Shown here piece by piece: positions 31,674-40,095 of a stretch of 64,000 nucleotides of DNA. Made by a program: the position numbers and the translations under genes. This DNA comes from a bacterium (GTDB lineage Bacteria > Bdellovibrionota > UBA1018), in contig JAIEMT010000028.1 of the NCBI GenBank assembly GCA_019751945.1, positions 13,705 through 77,704 of the forward strand. The letters run 5' to 3'. Under the pieces are notes generated by a model. That model saw nothing but the letters and a program-made list of their open reading frames with translations, did not search any database and had not been told where the DNA came from. Position 1 is the stretch's first letter; every line of letters starts with the position of its first letter.

Positions 31674-32363
31674 ATGAAACCGTTTTCTCCCCGCGCGTTC
31701 GCATTCCTCGGATTTCTGGTACTTTGTTTCGTTGCTTTTAGGTTGGGATCGGACTACCCGCTCACGCTCGGAAATTTAAAATCTCACATCGACACCCTGA
31801 GAAGCTTTTATCGAGCTAATCCCATTCAAACCTACGCCTACTTTACAGCGATCTTTACGATGATCACTGCGCTTTCGGTTCCAGGCCTGGCCATCGTCGG
31901 GCTCGCCGGAGGCGCTCTTTTCGGATTCTGGGGCGGATTTATCGTGCTGAGTTTCGGAGCCACTCTTGGAGCCACACTCGCATTTCTGAGTTCGCGATAC
32001 TTTCTTCGAGAAGGGGTGCAGAAGAAGTTTCAACCTCAGTTGAAGAAAATTAACGCAGGCTTCAAAAAAGAAGGGCGCTACTACCTCTTTAGTCTTCGCC
32101 TAGTGCCCATCATTCCCTTTTTTATGACAAATATTCTGATGGGCCTCACCTCCATTTCGACGCGCGATTTCAGCGCCATTACCTGGGCCGGCATGCTCCC
32201 GGGGATAGCCGTCACCGTAAACGCCGGAATCCAGCTCCAGAACATTCAATCGCCCTTAGATATAGTGACACCCCAACTCCTAGGATCTTTCGCCCTAATA
32301 GCCCTTCTCCCGCTTCTGACAAAGAAGGCTCTGGCCCATTTTTCGAGTAAAAAAACGTCATAA
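31674..32363 (+). CDS. TVP38/TMEM64 (DedA/SNARE-associated) family membrane protein
   Basis: 229 aa with 5-6 TM helices. Family-typical segments FGFWGG..., RLVPIIPFFMTNILMG. Confidence 0.75.
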   Translation: MKPFSPRAFAFLGFLVLCFVAFRLGSDYPLTLGNLKSHIDTLRSFYRANPIQTYAYFTAIFTMITALSVPGLAIVGLAGGALFGFWGGFIVLSFGATLGATLAFLSSRYFLREGVQKKFQPQLKKINAGFKKEGRYYLFSLRLVPIIPFFMTNILMGLTSISTRDFSAITWAGMLPGIAVTVNAGIQLQNIQSPLDIVTPQLLGSFALIALLPLLTKKALAHFSSKKTS

Positions 32364-32420
32364 GTTTGACAACTACTCCGACTCCAGATCGCTGATATTT
32401 CTTCCGATAAGTCCTCTAGC

Positions 32421-33404
32421 GTGAGTGTCACTAAAGTTCGGTATTCAAAACTCGCTCCATACTCAGATCTCTTCGAGAGATTGCTCGACAACGTGTATCT
32501 GATTGATTCGGAGACTTTCGAAGTCCTGGAAGCAAATCCCGCCGGGGAGCGATTGCTCGCGGACTCGCATGAACAGATTCTAGGGAAGTCGATTGTTCAG
32601 TGGATTACCTTTCCTAAAGCGGCCGAGATTCAAAAATCCTTCCGAGTTTCTCGTCGTCGCTACCATCCCCGAATGTTTGAAACCGTTTGGAAAACCTTGG
32701 ATGGAAATCTTCACACGATGGAAGTACTCGCCTGCCCACTCACTCTCTCTAGCGGCAAAGAAGTATTGCAGCTCATTGTGAGAGACATCACCTTCCGTAA
32801 AGAAGCGGAAGCAAAAATGCAGAAAATGTTGGACGAGCTTCAAACCGTCAACGCCAAACTCGAACAGCTCACCATCATGGACGAGATGACGGGACTCTTC
32901 AATTTCAGGCATTTTTCAGCCTGTTTAGAGCGAGAACATCAGAGAGCTCAACGCATTCCTACTCCTTATTCGATCATCTTCATCGACATCGATCACTTCA
33001 AGAAATATAACGATCGCAACGGACATCCCGCGGGCGACAAACTTCTCAAAGAATTTGGACAGATTCTGAAAAAAACGGCTCGTGAAGTCGACGTCGTCTC
33101 TCGCTACGGCGGGGAAGAGTTCGCAGTGATTTGTCCCGGGACAGAATCTCCAGGTGCCGTTCGAGCCGCGGAAAGAATCCGAGACGCGATTGAAAAAAAT
33201 CCATTCGAGTTTGGTGAATTTCAGCCGCTTGGAAAAGTCAGCGCCAGTATCGGTGTTTCTACTTACCCCGGGGATGGAGCAGACTCCAAAACCATTCTCA
33301 AAGCAGCTGACGAAGCTCTTTATGCTGCAAAATCCTTGGGTAGGAATCGGGTCTGTCTCTTCCAGGAGATCACTGGCAAGGTCCAGACCAAAAAAACTGC
33401 GTAA
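32421..33404 (+). CDS. PAS-GGDEF diguanylate cyclase
   Basis: 327 aa with a GTG start. PAS region, then a GGDEF domain with an intact active site RYGGEEFAV and the C-terminal ADEALYAAKSLGRNR. Confidence 0.85.
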   Translation: MSVTKVRYSKLAPYSDLFERLLDNVYLIDSETFEVLEANPAGERLLADSHEQILGKSIVQWITFPKAAEIQKSFRVSRRRYHPRMFETVWKTLDGNLHTMEVLACPLTLSSGKEVLQLIVRDITFRKEAEAKMQKMLDELQTVNAKLEQLTIMDEMTGLFNFRHFSACLEREHQRAQRIPTPYSIIFIDIDHFKKYNDRNGHPAGDKLLKEFGQILKKTAREVDVVSRYGGEEFAVICPGTESPGAVRAAERIRDAIEKNPFEFGEFQPLGKVSASIGVSTYPGDGADSKTILKAADEALYAAKSLGRNRVCLFQEITGKVQTKKTA

Positions 33405-33437
33405 TCCTCATAATCCTCGTATTCCTCGCAATCCCAA
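33402..33437. repeat. Imperfect 9-bp tandem repeat x4 beginning at the stop codon
   Basis: TAATCCTCA / TAATCCTCG / TATTCCTCG / CAATCCCAA. The first TAA is the stop codon of the PAS-GGDEF gene. Confidence 0.6.
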
Positions 33438-33512
33438 GTGGCGCATTGCGTTAAATTACCAATATTTAATTAAACGGATGTCATTGCCGAAAAGAAGGCA
33501 AGAGGTCTGTAT

Positions 33513-34307
33513 ATGCAGGAACCGAATAAAACGAATGTGGAAAGCATCCACTCGTCTCACAAAGGATTCAAGGGAATCTTTGAAACCGCTCTTCGCCGTT
33601 TCAAAGTCGCGATGCACCTGATTTCAACACTCCCTTTGTACGCCTTGGGTTCAGTCTGCATCGGCGTCGCATTTCTTCCGGGAATCGCTGCCTTTCACTG
33701 GATTCAAACAAGCGTCGAAGGCACGCCGACCTTAGTTCAATATTTTGCGACCGGAACCTCCTTGGCTCTTGGGTATTTCATGTACGGCTTCACGATGCTT
33801 TTTTTGATGCCGCTGATTAATCTCATCATGAGAACTTCCTTAAAACCCTGGAGAGGGCCGTATTTTTCGGCTGAGGCTGTGAAGTGGTATATTCACAACG
33901 GCATCACCTATTTGGTTCGTTTTACTTTTCTAGAATTTGTCACTCCGACTCCATTCAACGTTCTCTTCTACAAAATGATGGGAATGAAGATTGGAAAAGG
34001 AACCCAGATTAATTCGACGTATATTTCAGATCCCTGTCTGATCACCCTTGGAAAAAATGTCACGATTGGGGGATCGGCAACGATCACGGGGCATTATGGC
34101 CAAGGGGGATTCTTGGTACTCGCTCCGGTGAAAATTGGAGATGGATGCACGATCGGTCTTCGCGCGACGGTGTTGGGCGGAGTGACGATTGGTGATGGAG
34201 CAAAGATTCTTCCGAACTCCGTAGTTCTACCGAAGACCGTCGTTCCCGCGGGTGAGACCTGGGGTGGGGTGCCGGCGCAGAAGTTTACTTTTCACAAAGC
34301 TGCCTAA
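33513..34307 (+). CDS. Membrane-anchored hexapeptide-repeat (LbH) acyltransferase-like protein
   Basis: 264 aa. The N-terminal half has about 3-4 TM helices. The C-terminal half has LbH repeats (IGKGTQINSTYISDPCLITLGKNVTIGGSATITGH...IGDGCTIGLRATVLGGVTIGDGAKI). Confidence 0.7.
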   Translation: MQEPNKTNVESIHSSHKGFKGIFETALRRFKVAMHLISTLPLYALGSVCIGVAFLPGIAAFHWIQTSVEGTPTLVQYFATGTSLALGYFMYGFTMLFLMPLINLIMRTSLKPWRGPYFSAEAVKWYIHNGITYLVRFTFLEFVTPTPFNVLFYKMMGMKIGKGTQINSTYISDPCLITLGKNVTIGGSATITGHYGQGGFLVLAPVKIGDGCTIGLRATVLGGVTIGDGAKILPNSVVLPKTVVPAGETWGGVPAQKFTFHKAA

Positions 34308-34342
34308 TACTGGCTACTGGCTACTGGCTACTGGCTACAGGT
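34308..34342. repeat. Heptamer tandem repeat TACTGGC x4 plus one degenerate copy
   Basis: TACTGGC at 34308, 34315, 34322 and 34329, then TACAGGT. The array starts immediately after the TAA stop at 34305-34307. Confidence 0.85.
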
Positions 34343-34380
34343 AACGGTCCCGGTAAACAGTTTCAGGAACTGGATCTGGT

Positions 34381-34677
34381 CTACTTGCTGTGGACCAGTT
34401 TGTAGAGCATGGCGCCCAAATCATTGGACACTGTGAATTCCTTTTGTTGCTCTAAGATGGTGAGGATCGCCTGGGTTTCTCTTAGGGAGGCTAGGGCGAT
34501 GGAGTAGTAACGCTTTCGCTCCTTTGGAGTGGGCTTTGCTGAGCCTTCTGCCAAGTTCAGAACCACACTTAAGGTCGCACGCGAGAGTTGATCTTTGATG
34601 TGGGATTGAGCTTTGATTGGTTTGCAGTCTTTGTAGAGCTGAACCGCTAGTTGATAAGATCTGAAGTTTTGTAGCAT
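34381..34677 (-). CDS. Four-helix-bundle protein (23S rRNA intervening-sequence / Avd family)
   Basis: 98 aa. MLQNFRSYQLAVQLYKDC...VLNLAEGSAK...YYSIALASLRETQ matches the family pattern as I remember it (TIGR02436/PF05635). Confidence 0.8.
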   Translation of the reverse strand: MLQNFRSYQLAVQLYKDCKPIKAQSHIKDQLSRATLSVVLNLAEGSAKPTPKERKRYYSIALASLRETQAILTILEQQKEFTVSNDLGAMLYKLVHSK

Positions 34678-34822
34678 TTGAATTCTCCTTTTTTGTTTTT
34701 TGAAAATTTGAAGCCCTCGCAGGGCGTAGGCTTCAAATTTTCAAAACCAAAAAAGGAGAATTCCAATGTTCAGCAATTTTCGTTCTTATCAACTAGCGGT
34801 TCAGCTCTACAAAGACTGCAAA
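34621..34822. repeat. Large imperfect inverted repeat spanning the 5' ends and leaders of two divergent paralogs
   Basis: Arms 34621-34659 and 34784-34822 are perfect 39-nt reverse complements. The leaders CAAAAAAGGAGAATTC(A/C)AATG are mirrored. A central hairpin lies around 34701-34743. The symmetry centre is near 34721.5. Confidence 0.85.
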
Positions 34823-35062
34823 TCCGTTCAATTGCCGGGCTATCTCAAAGATCAGCTGCTCCGAGCAGCCTCCAGTGTGGTTCTGAACTTGGCAGAAGGA
34901 TCGGGCCGAAGTACCCGGAAAGATCGAGTGCGTTTCTACACCATCGCCTTCGGTTCCCTCAGAGAAACCCAAAGCATCATCGATATGGAGGAAGGACTCA
35001 GGCACCTGAACCAACCGGCAGACACCCTAGCAGCGCACATCTACAAACTAGTCCGACAATAG
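34766..35062 (+). CDS. Four-helix-bundle protein (23S rRNA intervening-sequence / Avd family), paralog
   Basis: 98 aa. MFSNFRSYQLAVQLYKDC...VLNLAEGSGR...FYTIAFGSLRETQ. Same length as the divergent neighbour and clearly homologous to it. Confidence 0.8.
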   Translation: MFSNFRSYQLAVQLYKDCKSVQLPGYLKDQLLRAASSVVLNLAEGSGRSTRKDRVRFYTIAFGSLRETQSIIDMEEGLRHLNQPADTLAAHIYKLVRQ

Positions 35063-35132
35063 AAACAGAAACTGGAACAGGCACGGATGCCCGTTTCGGT
35101 TTCAGATGCCTGATGCCCGCTGCCTGGTTAGT

Positions 35133-35555
35133 TCAGCTTTTCTTCTGCCAAGACCCGCACCACCCCTTAGCAGCTACAAGTCCTGCTTGGATCATCGTGC
35201 ATTGTCCCCAACCTTCATTGGCTTTCACGTAGAGCGCGCAGCCGTCGCAGAACTGATTTTTGTTTGCGGGCAGTTTGCGCTGAGGGTACTTCGCAAAATC
35301 TGTTTTCGAAGCGTCGGCGTGGTAACCCAAGGCATTGGCTACCGGATCTGTCTCCGGCACTGCTACTTTTCCAGCGGGAAGTGGAATCACTTTTCCTTTA
35401 CCAGGAGCTGCCGATTTCTTTTCCTTGTTGGCACCCGCCGCATTTGCAAATGCGGCGAGGAAAAGCTGAGGGGTGGAAAGCAACGCAGCAAAGCTGATAA
35501 GTTGGCCCAAAAACCGTCTACGATCCGATGGAGTTTTGTTCATATTCCCTATCAT
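35133..35555 (-). CDS. High-potential iron-sulfur protein (HiPIP) with Tat signal
   Basis: 140 aa. Twin-arginine signal SDRRRFLGQLISFAALL. C-terminal Cys pattern CDGCALY...GQCTMI...GWCGSW is typical of the HiPIP 4Fe-4S ligands. Confidence 0.75.
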   Translation of the reverse strand: MIGNMNKTPSDRRRFLGQLISFAALLSTPQLFLAAFANAAGANKEKKSAAPGKGKVIPLPAGKVAVPETDPVANALGYHADASKTDFAKYPQRKLPANKNQFCDGCALYVKANEGWGQCTMIQAGLVAAKGWCGSWQKKS

Positions 35556-35685
35556 AACTGGATCTTTTCTTTCTTTCAGGTCAAATTCTTAGACGCTTCG
35601 CATCGAAGCACCGAATCATTCCTCGATTGACGCTGAACGCGTTCCCTCCTAAATGTTAGGAATCACCTCATAAGGAATCTTCACC

Positions 35686-38600
35686 ATGGCACTCTCCGAT
35701 CTCTCGATTCGTCGTCCCGTCTTTGCTTGGATGTTAATGGTAGGGCTGATTGGCTTCGGCGCAATGGCATTCACGCGCTTGGGAGTCAGCCAGCTCCCCG
35801 ACGTCGACTTCCCGCTCATCACCGTTTCCATTAAGTGGGATGGTGCTCCTCCCGAGGTCATGGAACAACACGTTGTCGACATCTTAGAAGATAAGGTGAT
35901 GAGCATCGAAGGGGTGAAAACAGTCACCTCCGTTTCTAAAAACAGCTATGCCACTGTCAAAATTGAATTCGACCTGAGCCGAAACATCGATTTAGCTCTG
36001 CAAGACGTTCAATCCCGAATTTCGCAGGCGCAGAAATCATTGCCACCTGAAATCGATCCGCCTTCGATTACCAAAACCAATCCTGACGACATGCCCATCC
36101 TCTTCTTTGCTCTCGAAGGCATTGGCTACAAGAAGCAGGAATTAATGATGTACATCCGTGACATCATCAAGAATAAATTCGCCACTGTTCCGGGAGTTGG
36201 CGACATTCAATTCGGGGGCTACCTCGAGCCCAATATGCGCCTTTGGGTGAAGGATCAAGAACTAAACCGCTACGATCTCGTCGCTGACGACATCATTGCG
36301 AATTTAAAAAATGAACAGGTGGACCCTCCCGTCGGACAGGTAGAAAAGGGCCCGAAAGAATTTAACCTGCGCTTTTACGGCGAAGCCGCCACTCCGGAGC
36401 AATTCGAAGATTTACGCATGAATCTTCGTGGCAAGGCTCCCAACTACAATCCCATTCCACTCGGAAAAGTGGTTCGTGCTGAAGAGGGCACGGAAGATGT
36501 CATCACTATTGCGCGTGCCATGGGTCGCCCGGCCGTGAGTTTGGGGATTGTAAAACAGCGCGGATCCAACGCGGTCGAAGTCGCCCACAACGTAAAAAAG
36601 CGCATGGCCGAAGTTGAAAAAACGCTCCCGAAAGGAATGTCGCTCGGATTGAACTTCGACACCACGAAGTTCGTAGAAGAAGCGGTCGGCGATCTCAACT
36701 TCACCCTCCTCCTCTCCGCGCTACTCACGGGGATCGTGTGCTGGATGTTCTTAGGATCTTGGTCCACCACCCTCAACGTCTTACTGGCCATTCCCACTTC
36801 GATAGTGGGGGCCTTCATTATACTGAATGCCTGCGGATTCACTCTGAACACATTCACCTTGCTCGCACTCAGCTTGGCCATCGGGATCGTGGTCGATGAC
36901 GCCATCATGGTGCTCGAAAATATTTCGCGCCACCGCGAAATGGGCAAAGGCCGCGTTCGCGCAGCCCTCGACGGCGCTCGCGAAATTACCTTTGCCGCAA
37001 TGGCAGCCAGTATTTCCGTCATCGCGATTTTCCTACCCGTCGCCTTCATGAAGGGAATTATCGGAAAATTCTTCTTCCAATTCGGCGTAACCATGACCGT
37101 AGCCGTGATGATCTCGCTCTTAGAGGCATTGACCCTAAGCCCCATGCGCGCAGCCAGTTTCAAAGGAAATCATTCTGAAGAACGCACCACTAAATTTGGA
37201 AAAGCCTTTGAAGCGGGAATGCATTGGATTACGCGAAACTACCAGAGCAGCTTGGGATGGGTTCTCAAAAATCATTGGAAAGTTGTCGGAGTTGCAGTCC
37301 TTCTCACCGTTGGCAGCTTCAAACTCACTAAATTTTTACGACAAGAATTCTTGCCTACAGAAGATCAAGGCCGTTTCTTGATCGTGATTCAAACCCCTGT
37401 GGGATCTTCGATTTCCTTCACCGATTCTAAAATTCAACTGGTCGAAGAATTTGTAAAAACTCGCCCAGAAGTACAACGCTACGTTGGAATTGTAGGCACG
37501 TCCACCTTAGGCGGCGACCTCAATACCGGTCGCGTTCTAGTCACCATGAAAGAAAAAGGTCATCGCGGAGTCGACCCCACCTTGAAGCGCGAAATGACCC
37601 AACAAGATTTGATGGCCGTGGCACGATCCACACTTAGTAAGCTTCCCGACATGAAAGTCGTGATTCAGGATCTCTCGATGCGCGGAATGACGACTTCACG
37701 CGGCTTCCCGGTGGAGTTCACCGTGCAGGGTCCTGAGTGGGACAAATTGGCAGAACACACTTTTAAAATCATGGACGAACTCAAGAAGTCCGGCACGGTC
37801 ACCGATCTCGACACCGACTATCAAGTCGGCATGCCCGAAGTTCAAATTTTTCCTGATCGCGCAAAGGCTGCGGCACGCGGTGTTCCCCTGAGCTCCATTG
37901 GCACGACCATCAACGCCATGCTGGGCGGAATGAAGGTGGGCCAGTATCCAAAAGGAGGCCATCGTTATGATGTACGCATCAAGCTCGAACCCTCGGATCG
38001 AGAAATCGTCGACATCGTTCACGGTCTCTTTGTTCGGAACAACCGCGGCGAATTGGTGAGACTTTCTGACCTCGTCCGCGTCGAAAAGAAGCCCGCCGTT
38101 CAGTCTGTGGCGCGTTTAAACCGAGAGCGTTCGATTACAGTGTTCGCAAACGTGAAGCAGGGGGAATCGCAAAAAAAGGCGCTCGATCTTGTTCAAGAAA
38201 TTTCCAACAGAGTATTGCCTGAAAGTTACCACGTCGTATTCAGCGGGAGTGCAGAGACATTTAAAGAATCGTTCCGAAGCCTCGTCTTCGCTCTTCTCTT
38301 CGGAATTTTTGTGGCCTACATGGTTTTGGCCACTCAGTTCAACAGCTTCATTGATCCCGTCACTGTTTTGGTCGCACTCCCCTTCAGTATCTCCGGGGCG
38401 TTCTTCTCGCTCTTAGTGACAGGCCAGTCGCTGAACATTTACAGTATGATTGGCTTAATTCTCTTGATGGGGATTGCGAAGAAGAATTCCATTCTCTTGG
38501 TAGACTTCACCAATCAAACTCGCGAGGCAGGAGAAAAATCGATCGCCAAGGCACTGGTTCATGCCTGCCCGATTCGCTTGCGTCCGATTTTAATGACTTC

Positions 38601-38838
38601 ATTTGCAACAATTGCAGGCGCCATTCCCGCAGCTCTCTCGATTGGCCCGGGATCCGAAAGCCGAATTCCTATGGCAGTCACAGTCATCGGCGGCGTGTTC
38701 ATCTCCACACTTTTCACGCTCTATCTCGTGCCTTGTGTGTACTTAATCTTGAGCCGCTTTGAAAAACGTCGATCACTCTTAGAAGAAGAAGGAATTACGA
38801 TTCCAAGTAATCCAAGTCTTTCCCATGCGTCTCCTTAA
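35686..38838 (+). CDS. RND-family efflux permease (AcrB/HAE-type)
   Basis: 1050 aa. Canonical N-terminus LSDLSIRRPVFAWMLM, a 12-TM plus two large periplasmic loop layout, and VVDDAIMVLENI in TM4. Confidence 0.9.
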   Translation: MALSDLSIRRPVFAWMLMVGLIGFGAMAFTRLGVSQLPDVDFPLITVSIKWDGAPPEVMEQHVVDILEDKVMSIEGVKTVTSVSKNSYATVKIEFDLSRNIDLALQDVQSRISQAQKSLPPEIDPPSITKTNPDDMPILFFALEGIGYKKQELMMYIRDIIKNKFATVPGVGDIQFGGYLEPNMRLWVKDQELNRYDLVADDIIANLKNEQVDPPVGQVEKGPKEFNLRFYGEAATPEQFEDLRMNLRGKAPNYNPIPLGKVVRAEEGTEDVITIARAMGRPAVSLGIVKQRGSNAVEVAHNVKKRMAEVEKTLPKGMSLGLNFDTTKFVEEAVGDLNFTLLLSALLTGIVCWMFLGSWSTTLNVLLAIPTSIVGAFIILNACGFTLNTFTLLALSLAIGIVVDDAIMVLENISRHREMGKGRVRAALDGAREITFAAMAASISVIAIFLPVAFMKGIIGKFFFQFGVTMTVAVMISLLEALTLSPMRAASFKGNHSEERTTKFGKAFEAGMHWITRNYQSSLGWVLKNHWKVVGVAVLLTVGSFKLTKFLRQEFLPTEDQGRFLIVIQTPVGSSISFTDSKIQLVEEFVKTRPEVQRYVGIVGTSTLGGDLNTGRVLVTMKEKGHRGVDPTLKREMTQQDLMAVARSTLSKLPDMKVVIQDLSMRGMTTSRGFPVEFTVQGPEWDKLAEHTFKIMDELKKSGTVTDLDTDYQVGMPEVQIFPDRAKAAARGVPLSSIGTTINAMLGGMKVGQYPKGGHRYDVRIKLEPSDREIVDIVHGLFVRNNRGELVRLSDLVRVEKKPAVQSVARLNRERSITVFANVKQGESQKKALDLVQEISNRVLPESYHVVFSGSAETFKESFRSLVFALLFGIFVAYMVLATQFNSFIDPVTVLVALPFSISGAFFSLLVTGQSLNIYSMIGLILLMGIAKKNSILLVDFTNQTREAGEKSIAKALVHACPIRLRPILMTSFATIAGAIPAALSIGPGSESRIPMAVTVIGGVFISTLFTLYLVPCVYLILSRFEKRRSLLEEEGITIPSNPSLSHASP

Positions 38839-40027
38839 GGGAAAGAATGGACCAGAACGCGAGTGAGAAACAAATCACACCAACGCCCAGTGCGCTCATG
38901 AGTAGACTTGCGCCAATTTCGCGATGAATCCATTGAAAGAGCAATGTGACGAGGACGAGGGACCCTCGAACAAAGTTCGGCACCGTCGTGGTCACCGTTG
39001 CGCGAAGATTGGTGCCAAAGTTTTCTGCAGCCATCGTCACAAACACGCACCAGTATCCTGAAGCAAACCCAATCAGCGCACAGAGGAAGTAGAAACCTCC
39101 CACACTCCATCCCTTGGTAAAAACATAGACGAGAGTGACCAGCACCGACATCAACAGGAAAAGCATAACGACCTTACGTCGAGTCCTAAAGTATTGGCTC
39201 GCAATTCCACTCGCGAAATCTCCTAAGGACAGTCCCGCATAACAGTACATGATGGCCTTTCCAGCCAACACTACGCCATCCACATTCATCTCTCGGGTCA
39301 GCTCGGGCGAAAAAGTCACCAGAATTCCAATCATGAACCAAACCGGCACTCCGATCAGAATGCTCCAAAGGTAGCGGAAGAATCGATCTCGGCTGGTAAA
39401 GAGCTGAAAGAACTGCCCGCGCTTCACCGACTTCTTCTTGATAGACTCGAACATCCCCGATTCAAAAATGGAAAGACGGGCAATGAGGAGTGCCAATCCT
39501 AAAACACCGCCGACGAGGTAAGCGGTCTGCCAAGAATAGTGCTCCCCCACCCATGCTGCTGCAACGGCTCCAGTAATTCCCACTCCCGCAACAATGGCGG
39601 TTCCGTAACCCCGCGATTCCTTCGGCAACACTTCGCTCACCAAGGTAATGGCGGCGCCCAATTCTCCCGCCAGTCCCACTCCCGCTAAAAAGCGAAGCAC
39701 AGCGTACATTTCCACCGACGTCACATAGGCGTTGGCAAGATTTGCGAGTGAATAGAGAAGAATCGATCCGAAAAGAACGGAGATTCGACCCTTCTTGTCA
39801 CCCAGAACTCCCCAAAGAATTCCGCCCACCAACATCCCGGCCATCTGAAAATTAATGAGCTTCAATCCGACAGAGAGCAGCTGCGCGTCAGGTACGCCGA
39901 GTGCCTTAAGGCTCGGAACTCTTACGATTCCGAAAAGAAGGAGATCGTAGATGTCGACAAAATAACCAAGCGCAGAAACTAGAACTGTTGTGTTCAGAAC
40001 CGATTTGAGAGAAACCCGTTTTGCCAT
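38795..40027 (-). CDS. MFS transporter
   Basis: About 410 aa from the ATG at 40027 (the longer ORF to 40105 would overlap the divergent gene). 12 TM helices, a GDKKGR loop motif and the C-terminus ETHGKDLDYLES. Its 3' end overlaps the RND gene by 44 nt. Confidence 0.8.
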   Translation of the reverse strand: MAKRVSLKSVLNTTVLVSALGYFVDIYDLLLFGIVRVPSLKALGVPDAQLLSVGLKLINFQMAGMLVGGILWGVLGDKKGRISVLFGSILLYSLANLANAYVTSVEMYAVLRFLAGVGLAGELGAAITLVSEVLPKESRGYGTAIVAGVGITGAVAAAWVGEHYSWQTAYLVGGVLGLALLIARLSIFESGMFESIKKKSVKRGQFFQLFTSRDRFFRYLWSILIGVPVWFMIGILVTFSPELTREMNVDGVVLAGKAIMYCYAGLSLGDFASGIASQYFRTRRKVVMLFLLMSVLVTLVYVFTKGWSVGGFYFLCALIGFASGYWCVFVTMAAENFGTNLRATVTTTVPNFVRGSLVLVTLLFQWIHREIGASLLMSALGVGVICFSLAFWSILSLKETHGKDLDYLES

Positions 40028-40095
40028 AGTAGGGAAATTCCTACTGACTTCATAACATTTGTCAATTAGGATCGCGTCTTTCAAGGGGACACTCC

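Noticed and set aside
34358-34367. Short shared words between flanks: CCTGAAACTG occurs here (reverse strand) and at 61948-61957, and GTGGTTCTGAAC is shared between the four-helix-bundle genes and 16210-16221
   Set aside because: Exact 10-12-mers shared between a region of a few hundred bp and a 128-kb two-strand search space are expected by chance at roughly order one. There is no extended similarity around them.
34381-35062. Diversity-generating retroelement (the four-helix-bundle proteins belong to the Avd family)
   Set aside because: There is no reverse transcriptase gene, no template/variable repeat pair and no target gene with a C-type-lectin-like end anywhere nearby. The family is also common outside DGRs.
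34678-35232. 184-aa plus-strand ORF spanning the palindromic spacer and the second four-helix-bundle gene
   Set aside because: It runs through the inverted-repeat leader in a different frame from the well-supported 98-aa gene. It has low-complexity, Arg/Pro/Ser-rich content and no Shine-Dalgarno, so it is almost certainly spurious.
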